The notes: a model not told the origin generated them from the letters alone. Positions 19,974-31,000 are shown, counted from the stretch's first letter. The stretch is 64,000 bases of DNA from Nitrosopumilaceae archaeon (GCA_965209085.1 OZ242376.1:992001-1056000), one strand, 5' to 3'. A program made the numbers and translations.

Positions 19974-21887
19974 GTGTATGTTATTTTGCATATGAGAAAA
20001 CCCAATAAAATACCCTCTCAAATGAGAGCGGGATTTTCCCTGAAAAAAGAGGTTTTTTTTGTAATGTTTGCATCTGTAATTGGAGCTGTATTCATGCATG
20101 TGCCAAGAGTAATTGCGGGGTCGGATTTTATACAATACAAGATCACCCTTCTCATAATAGCTAAAATCATAGGTTCTGAATCATTTGCGTTGGGATTTAT
20201 AATTCACATGGGTGTTGCAATAATGATCGGCATCATAGTGGGCATTTTATTGTATAAAGTTTTAAAGTTCAACATTGTATCCTTTGTGCATGCCATAATT
20301 TACGGATTGCTTTCAGGTATTGCAGTATTTACTATATTTGCAATTCCAGTTGCAACATTGATTCTGATGCCAAACGGCATGTCAGTTTTACAGATGATAA
20401 ATGAAACCGGCATGTTTGGCTCAAATAGTACTGAATTAGTTTCTTTAATTTCCGGAATTGCAGACATGTTTGTAATGCATGTAATCTGGGGCCTTGTACT
20501 TGGAATTGTCACGATGTATCTTACCCGTATATGGGGAACAAACTATCGCTGCCACATATGTGATATTGAATTTTCCAGAGAATCCATATGCAGAAAGCAC
20601 ATACTGCACATACATGAGAGTCCACGGCCCCATTTGAAAAAAATACTCATACTTGGATGCGGATACGGGGGCATAGGCGTGCTGCAAAGAGTTCAGAAAG
20701 CGTTTGATGTTGACGTTGATGTGAGCATAACTTTGGTGGGAAATGAAAATTTCTTTTTACATACGCCCCTGCTTCCGGAGATGGCCACAGGAATGATTGC
20801 CACAAGGCACATTGCCACCCCGGTGCGCGCGTTTTGTAAAAGAGCAAGATACTATCATGCAAATGTGGACTGGGTCGATTTGGAAACTTTACGCGTGGGC
20901 ATAACGCGAAATCTTGACGGCAAGGGCGCTGAGCTTGAATACGATTATCTGGTTGTTGCAATGGGTGGTAAGACAAATTTCTTTGGCAATAAGAATATTG
21001 AAAAATACGCACATACTATAAAAACAATGAGTGATGCTGTCCGTCTGCGAAACCGCATGATAATGACGATGGAGCGCGCAGACCAGGAAAACGATCAAAC
21101 AGTTGTGGCCAAAATGATGTGTTTTGTTGTAGCAGGCGGCGGATTTTCAGGGGTTGAAACGGTAGGTGAGATTAACGATTTTGTCCGCGAATCAGTCAAC
21201 GAGTATTATAGAAATATAGATCCTGAAACTATCCGCATAATACTGATATCGCCCGGTCCCCTGCTGCCAGAGATTGGCGGACTTGGAGAGTATGTTGCAA
21301 AATCGCTTAAAAAAAGCGGTGTAGAGATAATACAAAGTCGCATTTTGGATGCAAGCGATGATACTATCACGCTGGAGAACGGACAGGTAATGCCGTGTGC
21401 AATTTTAGTTTGGGCAGGCGGTCTTGCCGTAAGTTCTGTTATATCAGATATGAAGACAGAGCATGCGCCAAACGGCAGAATTCTAGTTGATGAGTATTTG
21501 CATATTAAAGGTACGAAAAACGCCTATGCCCTAGGCGATTGTGCCGTAATACTTGATCAAAAAACAGGCAGGCCATACCCCCCTACGGCCCAGCATGCAG
21601 TCAGGGAGGCAAAAGTGGTTGCCGAAAACATTGTCGGAGATTTAAAAAACCGTCCAAAAAAGAAATTTTGTTATAAAAGCATGGGGTCTATGGCAAAAAT
21701 TGGCAAGCGCAACGGCGTGGCCCTCTTAATGGGGATACGGCTGCACGGATTTCTAGCATGGGTCATATGGAGACAGTATTACCTGTCCACTTTGCCAAGT
21801 TTTGAGAAAAAGTTCCGGGTTGCCGTTGATTGGACAGCAGACTTGCTATTCCCAAGGGATATTACCATACTTGGCGGCGCAAAATAA
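19974..21887 (+). CDS. ndh: Type II NADH dehydrogenase-like FAD oxidoreductase with N-terminal membrane domain and C2H2 zinc finger
   Basis: ILGCGYGG and AGGGFSGVE Rossmann motifs, YALGDCA, PPTAQHA; ~4 N-terminal TM helices; CHIC-x12-HILHIH; start uncertain. Confidence 0.8.
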   Translation: MYVILHMRKPNKIPSQMRAGFSLKKEVFFVMFASVIGAVFMHVPRVIAGSDFIQYKITLLIIAKIIGSESFALGFIIHMGVAIMIGIIVGILLYKVLKFNIVSFVHAIIYGLLSGIAVFTIFAIPVATLILMPNGMSVLQMINETGMFGSNSTELVSLISGIADMFVMHVIWGLVLGIVTMYLTRIWGTNYRCHICDIEFSRESICRKHILHIHESPRPHLKKILILGCGYGGIGVLQRVQKAFDVDVDVSITLVGNENFFLHTPLLPEMATGMIATRHIATPVRAFCKRARYYHANVDWVDLETLRVGITRNLDGKGAELEYDYLVVAMGGKTNFFGNKNIEKYAHTIKTMSDAVRLRNRMIMTMERADQENDQTVVAKMMCFVVAGGGFSGVETVGEINDFVRESVNEYYRNIDPETIRIILISPGPLLPEIGGLGEYVAKSLKKSGVEIIQSRILDASDDTITLENGQVMPCAILVWAGGLAVSSVISDMKTEHAPNGRILVDEYLHIKGTKNAYALGDCAVILDQKTGRPYPPTAQHAVREAKVVAENIVGDLKNRPKKKFCYKSMGSMAKIGKRNGVALLMGIRLHGFLAWVIWRQYYLSTLPSFEKKFRVAVDWTADLLFPRDITILGGAK

Positions 21888-21996
21888 TACAATACTATAC
21901 GATACTGCATCATATAATGCGCCAACTCTAATCTGTAGCATGAGATATACGGTACAATATTTGAGCATTTAATATCCCAAAGGGTGCGAGGTCACA

Positions 21997-22064
21997 TCAT
22001 GCCTAGAATTTATGCAATAAATGAAGATGTATGCACAAAATAGCACGAGGTGCTGACCCCATAC
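21997..22064 (-). repeat. 68-bp inverted repeat, right arm
   Basis: Reverse complement of 19622-19689 with 4 mismatches. Confidence 0.9.
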
Positions 22065-22257
22065 CCCAACGGTACTATAACTATAATTGTTGTAATATAT
22101 TCAAGATATTAGATTTATAATAAAATTAATGATAATATTACGATAAAAATGATAATAGCTCAAATAGATCGATAATAGATCACAATTTGGTATATTTTCT
22201 TAAACGATATAGATCTAATAATAGATCATATATACACAGTAATGCAGGAGATTTACA

Positions 22258-22521
22258 TTGGTCAGAACACGTAGGGCTAACAGATATTGTGTGGATTGTG
22301 GCGGCAGACTCGTATACTATCCTAGGCTCTCAAACCCAAAGGCACCAAATGAATACAGGGTTCTAGTATACGCGTGTCCGGACTGTACAGATGATTTTGA
22401 GCGGCCAAAAATGTTCTCAATACGCCGCAATAAATCAGAGGACCCACTTGATACTATCGAGATTGAAATAACACAGATTCATAAAAAAGTGGCAAACATT
22501 AGAAACGGTGCTCATACATGA
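22258..22521 (+). CDS. Small zinc-ribbon protein
   Basis: CVDC...CPDC cysteine pairs; TTG start; ATGA overlap with the next gene. Confidence 0.7.
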   Translation: MVRTRRANRYCVDCGGRLVYYPRLSNPKAPNEYRVLVYACPDCTDDFERPKMFSIRRNKSEDPLDTIEIEITQIHKKVANIRNGAHT

Positions 22522-22742
22522 GTGTTGAAAAACGCCGGAGCGCGCTGTGGTTTTTAATGCCAATAATGTTTGGACTGATTGGTTCAGTCATTGCATATTT
22601 TGTACTCCGCGAAGATGATCCAAAGCTGGCCAAAAACTGCCTATACCTTGGGATAGCATTATTTGTACTAGGTTTTATCATGATGCTAGCCTTAAATTCA
22701 GCATTCACAGGTGCGATAAACGAGTATGGGATAAATGCATAA
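22518..22742 (+). CDS. Small two-TM membrane protein
   Basis: Two hydrophobic segments around LREDDPKLAKNCL; translationally coupled to the upstream gene. Confidence 0.7.
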   Translation: MSVEKRRSALWFLMPIMFGLIGSVIAYFVLREDDPKLAKNCLYLGIALFVLGFIMMLALNSAFTGAINEYGINA

Positions 22743-22842
22743 TGTTTCAAAATTCGAGTTTAGAAACTAACCACATCAGGTATGGCAAACATTCGTATGC
22801 GCCCAACCTAAATACAATGCATGAGATTAGTGATTAGATATC

Positions 22843-23289
22843 ATGAATGAGAGCATGCAAAATGCTGTCGAGAGATGGCTTACCCACGGATCATACAAAT
22901 TCAGGCAGATAAGCATGGATGGGGCTTTATTTTGCAGTGTTATACGGCATTTGGGAGGATTTGGCAATCCGGTGCACATTTTTGAGCCAAAAGATCAGCC
23001 AGGAGTGCTCATAATTGGCTCAAAAGTGCCGTTAAAAAACATGCAAAATTTCAGATATTTGAAATATACAGAACACGAGCAGGAAAAATTTCGTGACAAA
23101 ATAAAGTATTTTTCCCAAAGCATGCGTGCAGTGCATAAAATTCATACAGAAGATGGCAAGATGATCATAGGCGCATACGTTGTTTTGGATAAAAAAGATC
23201 AGACAAACGGGGACAGTTTTTTGGCCGCAGTAAATGATGCAGCAGAGATGGGCGATAAAGTGTCACAATTTTTGATAAAGAGCATCTAG
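22843..23289 (+). CDS. Hypothetical protein (possibly DUF2299-like)
   Basis: 148-aa ORF with normal composition; family call is a weak resemblance. Confidence 0.6.
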   Translation: MNESMQNAVERWLTHGSYKFRQISMDGALFCSVIRHLGGFGNPVHIFEPKDQPGVLIIGSKVPLKNMQNFRYLKYTEHEQEKFRDKIKYFSQSMRAVHKIHTEDGKMIIGAYVVLDKKDQTNGDSFLAAVNDAAEMGDKVSQFLIKSI

Positions 23290-23501
23290 GCACAGGTGTT
23301 AAACCCCCTGTATGGTTTTGTACAATCAGGCACAAGGTGGTTTTATCAAGATACCCGGTTTTGAGGGGGGGTTTAGCTTTTGTTCGCATATATGGCAATC
23401 AAAGGTAAAAACAGCCCCATCTCTCAGTATGGGATGCGGATGTATTTGCAGTTGTGCGTAAAAGCTAAACCCCATATATAGGGGATATTTTTTACACACA
23501 T

Positions 23502-23993
23502 ATGGCAGTCCGTATGGGTATTTTTCTGGTAATAGGGGGCATTTTAGTCTCAATTATGATCGGAATATACGCCTTTGATCAGACAAAAATCATTCCAACG
23601 TATGCACTAGCTGGTGAATCCATACAGGTGGGTCCGGTATTGTACGTTATAGAATATGATGCAATGCACAAAGGTAACGAGATTACAAGTCCAGATAATA
23701 TCTATTATCAGATAAAAATTTACGCCAAAAATACTGGTATAGAGCCAACTCGCATCTCAAACAGTCAATTTTCCATTACAGGTATAGATTTGCCAAAAAC
23801 TGTTCCCATTTATTCAAATTTTACTAGTATTGATTTATCAGGCGTTGAATTGGAACCAGGTCAGGAGATTGTACGTACAACCCAGTTTGACATACCATAT
23901 GATTCATCTGAGAAATACACCATACAGATAAGACCCACAAAGGAGCAATCATCTGCCCAGTTGGGTCTTGTGTGCATCTCAAACTGTATCTAG
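23502..23993 (+). CDS. Membrane-anchored DUF4352-like Ig-fold protein
   Basis: N-terminal TM; IKIYAKNTG...FSI...ELEPGQ...FDIP pattern. Confidence 0.7.
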   Translation: MAVRMGIFLVIGGILVSIMIGIYAFDQTKIIPTYALAGESIQVGPVLYVIEYDAMHKGNEITSPDNIYYQIKIYAKNTGIEPTRISNSQFSITGIDLPKTVPIYSNFTSIDLSGVELEPGQEIVRTTQFDIPYDSSEKYTIQIRPTKEQSSAQLGLVCISNCI

Positions 23994-24034
23994 CTAGATG
24001 TATAATATTTCAAAATACGAGTTTTGAAATATTT

Positions 24035-24439
24035 TCATTCATCAGAGTGTGGCCTTTGCATTACAAATACGTGATCTGCACGTATACGTAACACGGTACG
24101 ACGCTCATTACGGCGTCTGTACGGATATTTATCAGCATTTGTGTATTTTTTAGTCATTTTATCAGCATGTATGTACGAATAATCCGCATCCATTTTCAGC
24201 ACAATGCCACGCACCGATGCCATATCAAGTGGATTATCGCATGAGACTATTGATATGGCAACACGTGCGTCTTTTATGAGGTTTTTGTGCTTTATTCTGC
24301 CCTCGGCTGTATTTACTGTTATAAGACCGTCTTCAAAATCGGCCCAAACTGCAGTTACCTGCGGTGAGCCATCAGGCATAATCGTGGCCATGTGGGCAAT
24401 GTTGGGTTCTAAGAAAAGCTTTACCGCTTTTGGGTGCAT
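24035..24439 (-). CDS. PPOX-class (pyridoxamine 5'-phosphate oxidase-like, putatively F420-dependent) oxidoreductase
   Basis: AHMATIMPDGSPQVTAVW, RIKHKNLIKDARVAIS. Confidence 0.9.
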   Translation of the reverse strand: MHPKAVKLFLEPNIAHMATIMPDGSPQVTAVWADFEDGLITVNTAEGRIKHKNLIKDARVAISIVSCDNPLDMASVRGIVLKMDADYSYIHADKMTKKYTNADKYPYRRRNERRTVLRIRADHVFVMQRPHSDE

Positions 24440-24440
24440 T

Positions 24441-24963
24441 TTATGCCTTTTTTTTCCTATGCAGTCGTGAGAGGTCAGCTCTCTCCAACGTTTGTGCTAG
24501 AGCCTGGTTGAGTATCTCAACTTGGATGAATTGCTCGTATGCAAGATCGTTTTTGTGGGTTGTAGCCTTTGGGGCAACGGATGCGAGTATCTCCTCTAGC
24601 CTTTTGGAGGCTGTTTTGATTACAGAGGAATATTTTTTTTCAAAATCCTCCGGGGTATTGTACCCAAGCAGTTTTGTCGAGGTCCCATAATATTTGGTAA
24701 CCGCACCTCTAGATTCTTCCATTCGTACCACTTCAATAAGACCTGCCGTTTTGAGAATGTCTATGTGGTGGCGTATTGTTGTCAAAGCTTTTTTAAATCC
24801 TGCACGTTTTAACGCCGTTCCAATCTGCTCTGCACGCATCGATTTCATGTAGAGTATTTGGACGATTTTTGAGCGTGACGGATCTTCTATAGCTTTGGCC
24901 TGTTTTAGGTTTGTTGTGATTACGTGTTTTACACGAATCTGTCTGTCTAGTATCGCTTGCATG
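24441..24963 (-). CDS. ArsR-like winged-helix transcriptional regulator
   Basis: KAIEDPSRSKIVQIL...TIRHHIDILKTAGLI...KYY; start taken at MQAILDR (ORF extends to 24995). Confidence 0.85.
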
Positions 24964-25097
24964 AATATTATTGTGTATAGAATGTAAAATACCATTACGT
25001 CATATTTTCTTGTCCCATGTGTTGATTTTAACTATTAATATTGGATTAACCTCAATTATATTAAAATGGTGTTATTATTATGATTATAATATGATAG

Positions 25098-25213
25098 ATA
25101 TTGTTATGGTATGAAATATATGATAATATACCATAAATATAGTATCATTATGATGTATATTGTTATGGTATGAAATATATGATAATATACCATAAATATA
25201 GTACCATTATGAT
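25098..25213. repeat. Two tandem 57-bp AT-rich units (period 59), each with a TTATGGTAT-N15-ATACCATAA palindrome
   Basis: Units start at 25098 and 25157 and differ by one base. Confidence 0.85.
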
Positions 25214-25396
25214 AATTATGCCAACATGTGTCAAATTTATGCCAAATTAGAGTTGACATGCACAGGTGGCATCCAAGATGAAGCAAAGTACACATTCGGC
25301 ACTATGATCAGGCATATGCAGTGAATGCAAGATACTGGTGCGGACCCCGGTACAATGAGAACGATTTTTGCATTAAAAATGATAGGATCCGAGGGC

Positions 25397-26172
25397 TCAT
25401 TTTATCATTGCCTTCCGTGCGGTGCCAAATTCTGATGGCATCGCGTATCCTATTGCAGAGTGTACCCGGTTCGGATTATAGTCCTCAAAGGCGTATGATA
25501 TTGCATTCTCTGCGTCCTGGAACATCTCAAAGTTGCGCGGCCAGAGATATTCTTTTTTGAGGCTCTTACGATAGGATTCCACATGACCGTTTTGCTCTGG
25601 CGTATGGTAGTGGATGAATTCCGGCCTCACATCGTATGCTTTTACAGCTTGTCAAACTGTAATGAAACATACTGGGAACCGTTATCTGTTCTTAGAGTAA
25701 GATTTGAGCAATCCGGTTTCTTGGAGGCTAAGGCTTCAGTTAATGTTGCAATTGCACCGTCGGTAATAGCTCTTGGCTCAAACGCATATCCTACCCATTC
25801 ACGGGTAAATGCAAAGGATGTTGAATAGGTAACACCATCTGTCTGGTCTTGTGGGCTTTGGGCGCTTCCTTGAGCGAATGATCTCTTTTTTGGGTTTTGC
25901 AGGCGTATTCCAGCTTAAATAATTGCATATTTTCTTCACTTTTTTGCAGTTTACAGGTTTACATGTAATGCGAGACATGGTGGCTGCCATTCTTCGTGTT
26001 CCATACGTGGGTCTGCTCGAAGCAACCTGTTGTATCATTTTTGAGATTTCTTTGTCGATTTGGATGTGCGTGGTTTTTTTGATGCGTACAGCATATTGTT
26101 GGATACTCCTACATAACGTATGGATTTACGGACACTGAAATCTTGTTTTTGCATGAGGGTCAATGCTTTCAT
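25397..26172 (-). pseudogene. IS3-family transposase OrfB, frameshifted
   Basis: Integrase-core motifs spread over several frames; the segment carrying the first catalytic Asp appears deleted. Confidence 0.85.
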
Positions 26173-26460
26173 TTTGTGCTCTCCTCTAACGTTTTTTTTA
26201 AAACATCATTGACTATGATCAGCTCTCCAATGAGTTTTTTGAGGAATTCATTTTCATTTGTAAGCGTCTTGACTGCATTGTCCCTAGGCTTTCCAGAAAG
26301 AGCAGCTTTGCCAGATTCAATGAATGACTCCCTCCAACGATTGAACGTCATCGGACTGATATTGTGTCTGCGGCACAGCTCAGCTGAGGTAATGCGTGTA
26401 TTTAATGACTCCAAGATGATACGCACCTTTTCATCTGGAGCACGATGTGGTTTTTTCATT
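26169..26460 (-). CDS. IS3-family transposase OrfA (HTH)
   Basis: KVRIILESL...AELCRRHNISPMTFNRWRESFIESG...ENEFLKKLIGEL; A-run near the 3' end; ATGA overlap with the orfB start. Confidence 0.85.
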
Positions 26461-26748
26461 GGCAAATCCACTCGAGGGGGTAAAATTTGTAACACTTGGA
26501 GTGTTCTCATTTTATTGGGTCCATTCCAATGCCCTGTATGAGGATTATCCAACTTATCATAGTGCATTATCCCCGCTTCAGGCTTTAAATTTCTCTTTTC
26601 AGGTTTTTAATTCTTCTTTTTCAGAGTGGGGATTATTTCTGCCTATTTGAATGCCATACTCTTTCATAGAGCGTACATATTGTATTATGTGATCTTTTCA
26701 TAAATCTGACTCGTCAAGAGTGTTTTTTTGGCCAATTATGCATAAACG

Positions 26749-27858
26749 CTATTGTCTGTAGTTTATTTTTACTAGCAAATCATCGTTAGTTCCTGCAAAC
26801 CCCATATTGTCTGTATTTGAAGTTAGAACATATAATGAACCATTTGAATCGTATGTTACATCGCGTATACGTCCAAGACCACCCAATAATGCACGAGGGT
26901 TTTTTCCTGGATCGGATAAATCAACTAAATATAGGTTTGATGTCTGCAACGATGCCACCAATATCCCAGATGATATTTCATTTTGTGCAATTGTAATGCC
27001 AGCAATTCCCAATGATGGATCATAACATGCCAAAGAATCCACATATTTTGCATCACCGGTACATTGTTGATACGGCCAACCATAGTTCCCTTTTGCATGT
27101 ATGATGTTTATTTCATCATTTTTTCCAGGTCCCCTATCTGTTGCATACATTGTTCCATTAGAATCCCATCCCAAACCTTGTGGATTTCGCATACCTGACG
27201 CATATACGTAAGAATTAGGATCAGGGTTATCATTAGGGATACTGCCATTTGGATTGATTCGCAGTATTTTGCCCGCAAGAGAATTATTATCCTGTGCAAG
27301 TATTTCACCATCAGAAATTGATCCGGTTCCAACATACAACATTTTATCAGGTCCGAATTTTATTACCCCGCCGTTTGAAAAATGTGATCCCGGAATACCA
27401 TCTAGTATTGTTTCAACCTCAACTAGATGATTGTTTTCAATAGTTATCATGGATATACGATTCTGGATATGTTCATCATGCTTGTATGTATGAAATGCGT
27501 ATAAAATTTCACCCCGTGTAGGATCCGGATGTAATGCAATTCCAAGTAGGCCCGCATCATATACATCAACTACGGAAAATGTAATTAGGGGTTTTTCCAA
27601 CAAATTATTATCAATGATGCGAATTTTGCCAGATTTTTCTGATACAAATATTATTCCATTTTTTGCAATAACCACAGAACGGGGTTCGTCAAGATGTGAT
27701 GCAATTATCTCAACTCCAAGATCGGTTAATGATAACGGATCCGGTAATGGTGGACGGGTATCATCTGAAAATAAAAAAATAAATGCAGATATGGCAAGAG
27801 CTGCAGATATTCCCAATATTCTTAATTTAATATCCATGCATTGAAAAATTATTAACAT
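26749..27858 (-). CDS. PQQ-dependent glucose/sorbosone (aldose sugar) dehydrogenase family, membrane-anchored
   Basis: GLLGIALHP, NGGVIKFGPDKMLYVGTG, LAGKILRINPNGSIPNDNP, GMRNPQGL, DEINII..GNYGWP, GRIRDV. Confidence 0.9.
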   Translation of the reverse strand: MLIIFQCMDIKLRILGISAALAISAFIFLFSDDTRPPLPDPLSLTDLGVEIIASHLDEPRSVVIAKNGIIFVSEKSGKIRIIDNNLLEKPLITFSVVDVYDAGLLGIALHPDPTRGEILYAFHTYKHDEHIQNRISMITIENNHLVEVETILDGIPGSHFSNGGVIKFGPDKMLYVGTGSISDGEILAQDNNSLAGKILRINPNGSIPNDNPDPNSYVYASGMRNPQGLGWDSNGTMYATDRGPGKNDEINIIHAKGNYGWPYQQCTGDAKYVDSLACYDPSLGIAGITIAQNEISSGILVASLQTSNLYLVDLSDPGKNPRALLGGLGRIRDVTYDSNGSLYVLTSNTDNMGFAGTNDDLLVKINYRQ

Positions 27859-28053
27859 GTATTAATAATTCAAGCGGATAGCTTGGATGATCTCATTTAC
27901 GGTTGGATTGGCAACGTATGAATGTCGATCATGGCAAAACTTCATCTCAGAGGTTGGGTATATCATCATCAAGGAATTTAAACTAGAGGGAAACTAGAAT
28001 AATTTTACAGACGTGTATTTAGGTTCAAATTGTACAATGGTATACGTACACGT

Positions 28054-31000
28054 TTAACTTGAATCATCATACAAGAGATTTGAGAGCTGTTGCATGCGTG
28101 CAGTTTCCAGCTCTAAGACAAGTTTGAATGAATCTCCTTTTCTAGAGTCCGTGCCGGTTGCATCAAAGTATATAGTTCCGCCATTCTCTGGCAGTGGTTT
28201 TATAATTGTAGCATGCCCCAATATTTCCGCAAGTGTTTCCTGGGCTCTTTTCTGCTCAGCGTATACAGTTGATGCAAAGTCCGGATGGTTGCGGTCAGGA
28301 CCGTGCAGTGTTCCGTATGTGTTATCATCAGGTACTACATATTCGGGGGTGGTAATTTGACGAACCGTATTTCCGATTATCATCCATTGGTAGCCGTATT
28401 GGTCCACCCAGAGGTGCTCTGCTCTGTCGATTTGCACCAAATGCAGTGTTTCAACCGTATTAGATATGCCTGTAGCATGGGATGTGCTAATATCAATCTC
28501 CTTTGGCAAGTTTATGGAATCACCATCAACGTGTATTCCATCGTTAAAGTAAAACTGGTGTGCATTATTATCCCAGTCTACTGGTTTTATCGATACTGTA
28601 TTGTATATGGGAGGCTCTCTGTATGAATATTTCAGCTCTACTAGCAGGCACTGTTGTACATCACCTGTGCATGATATTTGTGATACAGTAGATGATACAT
28701 CAGAGTCTTCAAGCAAGTTTAGTTTATCCACTATAACGATCTCTTTTACTGCAATACTGTCCTTTTGCATCCATACCTCTACAAATGCTTCAGCCTCATG
28801 ATATAATCCAACATCAGGTACTCCCAGTGCAACCTCTACGCGTTTAATGCCTTCAGGTCCAGCACTGTCGTATATTTTCATTTTTATCGTGTTTATATCG
28901 CCCACGTTTGTTCCAATCAGTGGGAATTCTGTATGATATCTGCCCACGTTTACTGTCAAACCGTTGTATTCAAAACCGTTTGTGACTAGCTGTGCCCCAG
29001 AGCTTGTCTTGCCCAATGTTGGTGCGTTACTATCACTATCACTATCACTGCCACCAGAGCTTGTGGTGTTTACTTTAAAGTCAGAGAGGTGTGATGTCCA
29101 TATCGTAACGGTGCGTTCTGTGGAATCGTACGTGTACAAGACGCCACTAAAACTAGCATTTCCATTTATAACAGTCAGGGCAGAAGAAGCGTCATCAATA
29201 GTACCATTGTGACGATTTATTAGAACATATGAATCAAAAGTACCGTTTCTAACAAATGCGTCAAATGATGATCTTGTTACTGAAAAAGTTAATTCCAGTG
29301 CATTGCCTGTGAGCGCATATGAGGTGTTTTCAAATCCAAGTCTTACTGCATCATCATTATGGTTGTCTATAATTTCACGAATGATAAAGTTGCCAGGGTT
29401 TGAATTATTAGTATTAAATGTCATTGTGGTGTTACGTTCTATTTTTACCGTTATTTTTGAATTTACCATTAGATCAAGTGGGTGAGGATATGTTGTAGTG
29501 TGCGTAACTGTAGAACCAGATGTAGTGTTAGATGTAACAGCGAATGTGTTCAATTCCAGTGTTGATGCGTGTAATTTAAGCTGGTTATCAGGATTGATGA
29601 GGCTATCATTATGTATTAGAGCCATTATCACACCATTAGGGTTTTGAACTATTGGAGCGTTGCTATCAATGTGACTTGAGTTTAGAATTGTGGTGCCGTT
29701 TACATTCCTTACGTCGATGTATGTTGTAGCACTAGAGCCCGGATTGCCGGCAGGGTCATTATTTGCAGTACATGTAACAGGGTATACGTTGGCGATCTCA
29801 TGGTTAACATGTGTTGTGTCACATGTTAGAGTTATAGAATTATAATTTAGATCACCATCATCTGTATCACCTCTAATTACCGGAAGTGTATCGTTTACCG
29901 TGATGATTTGAGGCAGGTCTGGTGTAATAGTTGGAGGTATGGTATCGACAAATACGTTGGAACCGATTAGATCATCTTGTGTAACAGTCAGGGTTGCTCC
30001 GTTGGCATTTGTAACCGTAATGGTAAAAGTGGCGTCTGATTCGATTGCACTAGTTGGAATTATACGAGTTGCTGTGAGGGTACTACCTGACGAAGAATTA
30101 GTAGTGGGTGGACCGTTTTGAATTATTACCGTATCGCTTGTAATGGTATCGTTTATCACCAACATTAGAGTCAGCGTATCGTCAGCTTTTGCGTATTGGG
30201 CGTTTTGGTTGTTAGATGTAAGGGTTAATGTGTTAATATTAATTGGCGGTGTATCCTGTACGATAACATTCCGTGTTATGGTAGATCCTGTATTGCCTGC
30301 AGGATCAACAGGTGCTGTATAAGTGAGGGTATAATTACCAACTATTGTAGTATTTACATTGCCGGCTCCGGATACTTGTACGCTACTTGTTGCATATGAT
30401 GCATCAGTTGCTGTGGCACCTGGATCCGTATAGGGGGAATTTGTTGCAATGCGAGTGTTGTTTGCACCCTTTAATGTTATACTAGGTGCAGTCGTATCTA
30501 TAGTGACATATGAGCCGTCTGTGATGTCAGCATTTGTTACTGATATTTGGCCACCAGTAGAGTTTGTCACGGTAATTGAAAACGTGGCATCTCCATCATC
30601 GCCGGACTGGACTGTACCGGTAAACGTAGCAGAGCCGCCGGTTGTAGTATTTGTAAATGATCTGCCAAGCAAGGTTCCATTGATATTGTCCAAATCAGAA
30701 CTATCTGTGGCAAGTGTGACGGTTATGTTTTTGCCTGCATTTGCATAATTGTTGCCTGATGAGCTTGCAATAGTCAGCGAGTTGATTGTAATTGGTTCAA
30801 AGTCAACCACTGTAACTGTTCGTGTTACACTAGAACCGGCATTTCCTGCCCCATCAGCTGCAGCAGTATACGTGTATAATACAACAGAGCCTAGCACGCT
30901 CGTATCCAAAGTGGCGTTTGTGGCAATGCTAAAAGTGCCAGCATAATTTGGATCCCCATCAGTTACAGTAACGTTTGGAATAGACGATACATTGTTGTTT

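Larger units (their letters stand above)
25336..26528 (-). mobile_element. IS3-family insertion sequence with both ends, degenerate
   Basis: Imperfect terminal IRs TGGtgcGGACCCcggTAcAATGAGAAC / TGGaatGGACCCaaTAaAATGAGAAC; orfA HTH; orfB fragments YGTRRM, TDNGSQY, EQNGHVES, YNPNRVHSAIGY. Confidence 0.9.

Noticed and set aside
23298-23486. Replication origin (G-string/ORB), SRP RNA or RNase P RNA
   Set aside because: No TTCCA...GGAA ORB motif or cdc6 nearby; none of the conserved SRP or RNase P signature sequences
19870-28054. Provirus or integrative element at tRNA-Asn
   Set aside because: No integrase and no duplicated tRNA 3' end (att site) seen; downstream genes look like ordinary chromosomal genes
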